Below the pieces are notes generated by a model. It was not told the origin of the DNA, ran no database searches, and was given only the letters and a program-made list of their open reading frames with translations. From NCBI GenBank assembly GCA_965215605.1, contig OZ244070.1, positions 672,001 through 736,000 on the forward strand: DNA of 64,000 bases. The letters are read 5' to 3'. Below, one piece after another: positions 58,022 to 64,000 of this stretch. The DNA comes from an uncultured Candidatus Binatia bacterium (GTDB lineage Bacteria; Desulfobacterota; Binatia; UBA9968; JAJDTQ01). The position numbers were made by a program, and so were the translations under genes. How positions within the stretch are numbered: position 1 is the stretch's first letter; each line of letters starts with the position of its first letter.

Positions 58022-59230
58022 CTAGCTTCCGTGATAACGCAGGGCCACGCAGGTGATATCGTCCGACTGCGGATTCTCGCCCGCGAACTCCCGCACATGA
58101 TCCAGCACCCGCGAAGTCACCTCGGCGCAGTCGGCCTGATCGATCCTGGCAAGCAAGGCGTCGAGTCGTCCTTCGCCGAACTCCTCCGAGCCCGGCGCCT
58201 CGGCCTCGGTGACGCCATCCGTGTAGAGGAACAGCGTGTCCTCGGCCTGGAGTTGGAAGGAATCGCGTTTGAACACATGGCCGGGAAGCACTCCCAGCGC
58301 CACGTCGTGCGTGGTGGGCAGGGGCGCGACTTCACCGTCCCTGTGCACCACCCTCGGCGGATTGTGTCCCCCGTTGCAATAGTGGAAGACGCCGCTCCCG
58401 GTGTCGAGCACGCCGTAGAAGAGGGTGACGAACATGCAGTTGTCGTTGTCCTCGGACAGCAGGTCGTTGACATAGCCCAGGCACTGGTCGGGTGTCCCAC
58501 CCTCCAGGGCCCGGCTCCGGAGCAAAGTGCGGCAAGCCATCATGAAAAGCGCGGCGGGGATGCCCTTGCCCGACACGTCGCCGATGGCCACGCCGATCCT
58601 GTCCCCCTCCAGAGTGAAGAAATCGTAGAAGTCGCCGCCCACCTCCTTGGCCGGGATCATCAGGCCGTGGGTCTTGTAACGGTCGGTGGCAGGAAAGCTC
58701 CGGGGCAACACCGAAGCCTGCATGTCCCTGGCCACATCCAGCTCATGGCTGAGGGCCACCAACTGGTCCCGGTTGGACAGCGCCTCACGCACCAAGGCCA
58801 GGTGCTTGAGGGTCTTGTCGATGGTGATCTCGAGGTCGGTGAAGTCAATGGGCTTGGTGACGAAATCGAACGCGCCCCGGTTCATGGCGGTCCGAATGTT
58901 GTCCATGTCGCCGTAGGCGGACACGATGACGGAACGGATGTTGGGCTTGGTCTCGCTGAGTTGCTTGAGCAGGGCGAGGCCATCCATCACCGGCATGTTG
59001 ATGTCGGAAATGACCATCGCGATGTCGTCATCGTCGTCGAGCATGGCGATGGCCTCTTTGCCGTTGTGGGCAAAATCGAACACCAGCTCGTTCCGGCGGA
59101 TACGCCGGCGAAACTTTTGAAGCATCAGGGCTTCAAGGTCCACCTCATCGTCCACCACCAGAATCTTGATGGGTTCACCAGCGGACGACAAAACGGCCTC
59201 CGCTATCGCTGCTTCCAACTCATCCGGCAT
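58022..59230 (-). CDS. Response regulator with PP2C/SpoIIE phosphatase output (RsbU-like)
   Basis: REC (LVVDDE, SDINMP, KP) plus GGDFYD, GDVSGKG, YTDGVTE, DDIT. Confidence 0.93.
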   Translation of the reverse strand: MPDELEAAIAEAVLSSAGEPIKILVVDDEVDLEALMLQKFRRRIRRNELVFDFAHNGKEAIAMLDDDDDIAMVISDINMPVMDGLALLKQLSETKPNIRSVIVSAYGDMDNIRTAMNRGAFDFVTKPIDFTDLEITIDKTLKHLALVREALSNRDQLVALSHELDVARDMQASVLPRSFPATDRYKTHGLMIPAKEVGGDFYDFFTLEGDRIGVAIGDVSGKGIPAALFMMACRTLLRSRALEGGTPDQCLGYVNDLLSEDNDNCMFVTLFYGVLDTGSGVFHYCNGGHNPPRVVHRDGEVAPLPTTHDVALGVLPGHVFKRDSFQLQAEDTLFLYTDGVTEAEAPGSEEFGEGRLDALLARIDQADCAEVTSRVLDHVREFAGENPQSDDITCVALRYHGS

Positions 59231-59570
59231 CGATCGCGTCCTGACGCGTGGGGTGGATGGCGAGGATCTCACTGAAGCCGCTGATCTTGAACACCTCGGC
59301 AATATGGTCTCGCATGGCACAGAGGACGATCTTCCTGCCGCTGGCCTGGAGCTGCTTGGCGGCAAGCAACAGGACCCGGAGCCCGGCGCTGCTGATGTAT
59401 TCGATGTTCTCGAAATCCACCACCAGCGAACCCTTCCCTTCCTCGATCAACTTCAGAAGAGCCTCCTGGAACGGGCTGGCCGTACTGCCGTCGATGCGGC
59501 CGGTGGGAGTTACGATCGTGGTATCGCCGTCCTTATCCATACTGAGATCCAAAACGCTTCCGTTTGCCAT
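59220..59570 (-). CDS. STAS anti-sigma-factor antagonist (RsbV/SpoIIAA-like)
   Basis: GRID, YISSAGLR phosphoacceptor motif, EVFKISG. Confidence 0.93.
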   Translation of the reverse strand: MANGSVLDLSMDKDGDTTIVTPTGRIDGSTASPFQEALLKLIEEGKGSLVVDFENIEYISSAGLRVLLLAAKQLQASGRKIVLCAMRDHIAEVFKISGFSEILAIHPTRQDAIDAG

Positions 59571-60010
59571 CAACTGTCTCCTTTCACAGGTGCACGCAGG
59601 GTAATACGGTTGAACCCATCGGTGCGTTGGTAGTCGGGATTCGGAAACAGGGTCTTGGTCAGGAAAACGCCGAGACCACCGATGGGCCGGTCGTCGAGCG
59701 CCGCATGTATGTCCGGCTCCGCGGCTTCCTCGAACGGGTTGAAAGGGATCCCCGTGTCATCCAGTTGCGCGACGACCTCGTCCTCCTCGATGCGCAACTC
59801 GACCCGGAGTTCCTGTCGCTCCGCCTCGACTAAACCGTACGATATGGTGTTGGTCGCCAACTCGTCCAAGGCCAAGCTCAAATTGTGGATATGCGCTTGT
59901 GAAAGGCCGTTGGCTTCTCCGAAGCGCGCCACGGCCTCGGCCAACTCCTTGAGGGCGGACGAGAGTTCCGGCTCGAGGTCGAGCGAAAGACGGGGAAGCG
60001 CTGCCTTCAT
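59570..60010 (-). CDS. Anti-sigma factor Ser/Thr kinase (RsbW-like)
   Basis: LALDELATNTISYG, DTGIPFNP, RPIGGLGVFL. Confidence 0.92.
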   Translation of the reverse strand: MKAALPRLSLDLEPELSSALKELAEAVARFGEANGLSQAHIHNLSLALDELATNTISYGLVEAERQELRVELRIEEDEVVAQLDDTGIPFNPFEEAAEPDIHAALDDRPIGGLGVFLTKTLFPNPDYQRTDGFNRITLRAPVKGDS

Positions 60011-60288
60011 GAGGCCTATCCCGAGCCAATGGCGTCAGTCATGCCGGAACTTGCCATCAGTTTGACCGATCAGTGAAAGACCCTCGCAAAAAAAAGAGCG
60101 GTCCGGGCTCACCCGCCTGCCGCATCCACGCCACCCCGGAAAACGCCACAAATGATAGTCGATGGAACGACGCCGTGTCAACTGTGTGCCTTTGACCGCG
60201 CTGTCCCCTTTGACGGATGGAAACTGCCTGTGAAACAAGCAACGTGACAACGACCGGTGTACGGATGGTGGAACCGCCCAGAGGAGCA

Positions 60289-60780
60289 CTACGGCTTGCG
60301 GATGCTCTCCGTGTTCACCCAACGCACCAGCGCCTTGTCAGGGTCGGCGATCTCCTCCACCGACGCATACCAGTAGGCTTGCCACCCGGCCTCCGGAAGG
60401 CCGCTGAACACCATCAGGTTCAAGGGATACGCCTCGCTGTCCGTGCAGCGGCGAAAGTCGTCCCGGAAGAGAAAGACCGGCTTCTGCCAGGCAACGGCCA
60501 TGCCCAGCTCGACCATCACCCCCTCGTCCGGAGGGCAGCCGTTGACCACGGCGAACAAGCCGTCCGCTTCGCGCACGTCGCTCAGGTCGGCCTGTCCGAT
60601 GCGGTACGCCCAGCCGGCCTCGGCCTTGTCCACCTGGTTATTGCGCGCGAACGGCTCCCACACCTCTACCCCCAGCGCTTCCAGCGCCGCGACCAGCGTT
60701 GGCAGCGGACCCTCGCGCTGCTGCGACGAGAAGCCGTAGGGATTGGCGAGGTAAAGGGTCTTCTTGGAAGGCTGGTTCAT
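60289..60780 (-). CDS. Nucleoside 2-deoxyribosyltransferase family protein
   Basis: LYLANPYGFS, D..DV..AD, PDEGVMVELGMA.A..KP, NLM. Confidence 0.9.
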   Translation of the reverse strand: MNQPSKKTLYLANPYGFSSQQREGPLPTLVAALEALGVEVWEPFARNNQVDKAEAGWAYRIGQADLSDVREADGLFAVVNGCPPDEGVMVELGMAVAWQKPVFLFRDDFRRCTDSEAYPLNLMVFSGLPEAGWQAYWYASVEEIADPDKALVRWVNTESIRKP

Positions 60781-60827
60781 CGGAGCATCATGAAGGTTGA
60801 TAGAGGTAGAGTGACGATCCGCGGATC

Positions 60828-61083
60828 GTCCGATTTGCCGTGGTCCTCGAACTACGACAATCGGCGCCACATCGGCATCGAGGCGCCGGCGAATCTGCCC
60901 CACCAAGTGGCGTCGGGTGGGCGGCTGTACCGGCATGGCCTCGCCCTCCCACCACGGATTGAAACGCCGCACGTTGTCCACGAGGGCGGGAGGGAGGTCG
61001 GAGTCTGCCGTAGTATCTTCCACACCGTGAAACAGTGCTGGCGGCTCGTCGCCTCGCGAGCCCGGCTCAGGGGCTGGCTTCAT
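60828..61083 (-). pseudogene. N-terminal remnant of an AAA_14/DUF4143-type ATPase, in frame with the NDT gene
   Basis: FNPWW...RR...IVVVRGPRQIG breaks off inside the Walker A motif (normally GPRQxGKT). Confidence 0.75.
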
Positions 61084-62371
61084 TGCTCCGTGCCTTGGTG
61101 GTGACCACCAGCAGCACCAGCATGACCGCCAGCAGAAATGCGCAGCTCAGCCCAAGGGACCACTGGATGCCGATGACGCCGCCCGCGATCCCCACGGTGA
61201 CGCCGCTGAAGGTGCGCAGCCCGAGGCCGGACATGATGAACAGGCCGATGAGCTGGCCGCGCAGGTGGGCCGGAGAGACGAGCTGCACCAGGGTCTGCGA
61301 CATGGTCAGGTAGGCCAGGTTGAGGAAGCCGGCGGCGAACAGAAGCGCCACCGCCAGATAGTAGTGACGCGTGAACGCGAACATACCCAACGCGGCGCAC
61401 CAGAGAAGCGCCAGGACGATGGCGGTACGGGCCCGGGCCTGAAGGAACCCCCGGCTCTCCAGCAGGACGCCGCTCACGAAGGCGCCGGCGCCGTTGGCGG
61501 CGAGCAGCACGCTGTAGCCCGCCTCTCCCACCCCGAGGTTGATGGCGAACCCCGGCATCTGGGCCTGGAAGGCGTTGCCGACCACCAAGGAGGAGAGTCC
61601 CACCAGACACACCATCGAGACGATGACGCGGTTGCTCCGGGCCTCCCGGAGCGCCTCCAGGGCCCGGGCCCAGGTGACCCGGCGCGCCTGCACCGCCTCG
61701 GCGCCGCGGCCGGTATAGGGGACCCGCGACAGCCACCAGGTCAAGGGTATGTAAAAGAGGGCGTTCACCACCAAACTCCACCCTGCTCCCATCCAACGCA
61801 TCATGTAGCCACCCAGCGCGGGCCCCGCGAGGATCCCCAGTTGCCGGCTGGTGGCGCTGAGGCGGACGGCGCTCTGGAGATGCTCCGGACCCACCATGTC
61901 ATGGAGGATGAGCTGGCTCCCCGGACTCCACAAGACGCCGGCGATGCCGTGCACCACCAGCAGCGCGCAGGCGTGCCACACGCGGAGCGTCCCGGTCATG
62001 ATGAAGTACGCCCAGGCGATGGTGAGGACGAAATAGAGAACCATCGCCCACTGGATCACCCGGCGGCAGTCGAAGCGGTCCGACAGGAGGCCGACGTACC
62101 ACGACAGCAGCAGGAACGGCGACCAGTGGCTGATGACGGCAAACCCCTGCAGTTCCTCCCACTTGAACAGGTCGTAGATCACCCAGTAGCTGATCACGTG
62201 CTCGATGTTGTCGGCCATCATGGCCAGCATGGTGTAGGAGAAGTAGGCGCGGAAGTGCGGTTGCCGGAGGGCGCCGAAGGACACGCTGGACTGTTTCACA
62301 TCCTTGAGGGACCGCTTCTCCGTGGGATCGTTTGCGGGATCGCCGGGCGGTGTGGGTGACGATGGCGGCAC
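61067..62371 (-). CDS. MFS transporter (MFS_3/DUF894-like)
   Basis: About 12 TM segments, GLLSDRFDCRR motif A, P.HLRG. Confidence 0.9.
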   Translation of the reverse strand: MPPSSPTPPGDPANDPTEKRSLKDVKQSSVSFGALRQPHFRAYFSYTMLAMMADNIEHVISYWVIYDLFKWEELQGFAVISHWSPFLLLSWYVGLLSDRFDCRRVIQWAMVLYFVLTIAWAYFIMTGTLRVWHACALLVVHGIAGVLWSPGSQLILHDMVGPEHLQSAVRLSATSRQLGILAGPALGGYMMRWMGAGWSLVVNALFYIPLTWWLSRVPYTGRGAEAVQARRVTWARALEALREARSNRVIVSMVCLVGLSSLVVGNAFQAQMPGFAINLGVGEAGYSVLLAANGAGAFVSGVLLESRGFLQARARTAIVLALLWCAALGMFAFTRHYYLAVALLFAAGFLNLAYLTMSQTLVQLVSPAHLRGQLIGLFIMSGLGLRTFSGVTVGIAGGVIGIQWSLGLSCAFLLAVMLVLLVVTTKARSNEASP

Positions 62372-62535
62372 GCCCGCAGTGTGGCACGAAGCCCGTCATG
62401 GAGACAAGATCCAGACCTCGGACGGTCCACAAGACCGTTGCCTTTCGGCCGGGGTTTGTGGTAGTGGTTCCTCAAATGGGCGGCCTTCTTGCGCGGCCCG
62501 GTCAACACGCAAATCCCAAAGACAAGGAGAGCACG

Positions 62536-63453
62536 ATGAAGAAGCTGGTTCTTGAGAGCACCGCACCGTTTCAGGGCTTGTGTGAGTTGGTGGCCTATAA
62601 AGAGGGCCTGTTCGAGAAGGAAGGGCTTGAGATCGAGTTCGCCGACCGCGGGACGGGAGACAAGGACACCCACACCGATGTCATCGATCCCAAGGACGCG
62701 AATCCCCATGCGAGTCACGGCATGCTCTTCGAGCAGGGCAAGGCCGACATGTACAACGCCTGCGAATGGGGCAACTACTGCCGTGTGCAGGACTCCAGCG
62801 TGGACACCGGCCGGCAGATCGGCAGGCGTTCCATCATCGCCTACGCCGGACTCGTGGTACGGCCCGATTCACCGGTCTACACGGCTCAGCAGCTCGCCGA
62901 CCGGCTGGTGGGAGTACCGTTCTTCTTCGGCACCCACTATCTGACGCTCCACATGCTGGAGGGCTTCCTCACCCGTGACGCGATCAAACTCTGCCAAGCT
63001 CCGCGCGGCTCCCGCCACCGTCTCGAATCGGTGATGAAGGGGGAGATCGAAGCCACGCCGCTGACCGAGCCCTACCTCACGCTGGCCGAGAAGAAGGGTT
63101 GCCGCATCGTCGTCTCCGCTTCTCTCCACGGCACCGAGGTCGCCTCCGACAACGTGGACGCGGAGACCTACGGGATGTTCAACCGAGCCGTGCGCGAGGC
63201 CGTACGCCGCGTCAACGCCGACAAGAAGAAGTACATGCAGTACTTCATCGACTACCACAGCGACGATCCGGAGATCGCCGCCCTGACCGCGGACGAGTTG
63301 CGCGAGAGCCGCATCGTGGTGGTGGACCCGGCGCCGATTCCCGCCGACGAGCTGGAGCGCACCGCGGCCTGGATCAAGAGCTGGGGCATGCTGGACGAGC
63401 AACTGGCCCCCACGGAACTGGTGAACCTCGACGTCCAGGAGTCGGCTCACTAG
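62536..63453 (+). CDS. NMT1/SsuA-like substrate-binding-fold protein, no signal peptide
   Basis: AGGAGA RBS; VAYKEGLFEKEGLEIEF, VRPDSPVYT..QLA, LTEPY.TLAEKKG. Confidence 0.8.
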   Translation: MKKLVLESTAPFQGLCELVAYKEGLFEKEGLEIEFADRGTGDKDTHTDVIDPKDANPHASHGMLFEQGKADMYNACEWGNYCRVQDSSVDTGRQIGRRSIIAYAGLVVRPDSPVYTAQQLADRLVGVPFFFGTHYLTLHMLEGFLTRDAIKLCQAPRGSRHRLESVMKGEIEATPLTEPYLTLAEKKGCRIVVSASLHGTEVASDNVDAETYGMFNRAVREAVRRVNADKKKYMQYFIDYHSDDPEIAALTADELRESRIVVVDPAPIPADELERTAAWIKSWGMLDEQLAPTELVNLDVQESAH

Positions 63454-63509
63454 AACCGCCCGCGCTTGCGCCGCTCCGGGACGGTTCTCCCAAAGGACTG
63501 CCCGGAAAC

Positions 63510-64000
63510 ATGCACACAGCAGCAGCCAATTTCATCCGAATCGGGAAGGTCCACACGGGCCTTCCCGATTTTGTTTTGCCGAAGCCGGCGTCGCGCCGGC
63601 CGGGGATAGGTCCGAAGCCTCGCCGGACGCTGGCGGCAGCGACGCTGGCGCTGGCCGCTCTCTGGTTCGTCGCCGGCAACGCCGCGGGAGAGTCCGGCGG
63701 CCGTCTCGCCGCATCGCGCCCTCTTCCCCACAAGACCGGAACCCTTGCCGGGACGGTGCGCCTTTCCGGCCCGCCGCCTCCTCCCGGCGTCCTGCGAGTG
63801 CACAAGGAGCAGGCCTTCTGCGGCTCCCTGGTGCCCGACGAGAGCCTGGTGGTGGCTTCCGGAGGCGCCTTGAAGAACGTCGTCGTCACCCTGCAAGGGC
63901 CGGGCCTCGACGGGCGCACGGGGCAACCCCGGAATCTCCTGCTCGACAACATCGGCTGCCGGTTCGCGCCCCACGTCCAGGCCGCCCCGGTTGGCAGCCG
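63510..64000 (+). CDS. Exported carboxypeptidase-regulatory-like/cupredoxin-associated protein (3'-truncated)
   Basis: Open frame to the window end: signal segment, GTLAGTVRL.G, C......ESLVV...G.LKNVVV.L, LDNIGCRFAPHV. Confidence 0.65.
   Translation, partial: MHTAAANFIRIGKVHTGLPDFVLPKPASRRPGIGPKPRRTLAAATLALAALWFVAGNAAGESGGRLAASRPLPHKTGTLAGTVRLSGPPPPPGVLRVHKEQAFCGSLVPDESLVVASGGALKNVVVTLQGPGLDGRTGQPRNLLLDNIGCRFAPHVQAAPVGS

Noticed and set aside
60038-60058. Sigma54 promoter for the partner-switch operon (TGGCAAG...GC); similar TGGCAAC before glnA
   Set aside because: GG-to-GC spacing is 9 nt (12 nt for glnA), not the required 10

Overview
High-GC bacterial chromosomal window. Gene content (LolA/FtsK/RNase J/DksA, TonB, many orphan substrate-binding proteins, SDRs, LLM monooxygenase, amidohydrolase) is compatible with a Gram-negative deltaproteobacterium-like or Binatota-like organism; this is inference only. 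Housekeeping blocks (proC-dksA-lolA-ftsK-rnj-plsC, hemH, nadK-recN-tRNA-Ala, xth) alternate with catabolic genes and decayed accessory DNA. Main points: (1) A selenoprotein hidden from the ORF track. The glycine-reductase component B gene at 12606 reads through an in-frame TGA (13644) followed by a SECIS-like hairpin. Its active site is U-G-T-S-T-R-S rather than the canonical UxxCxxC, its GrdE-like partner lacks the pyruvoyl-forming Cys, and no grdA/C/D is present. (2) A nitrogen-themed region just after tRNA-Ala (CP-ATP-grasp/alpha-E/transglutaminase, glnA, amt without glnK) converges on a five-gene partner-switching cascade fed by an orphan periplasmic binding protein and a TorS-like kinase. 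(3) At least eight short gene remnants not called by the ORF track (integrase, hsdM, relE, relB-like, S24-like, brnT, DUF1800, AAA ATPase), including two TA loci where the toxin is broken but the antitoxin is intact. All family assignments come from motif recognition by eye; no database searches were run.
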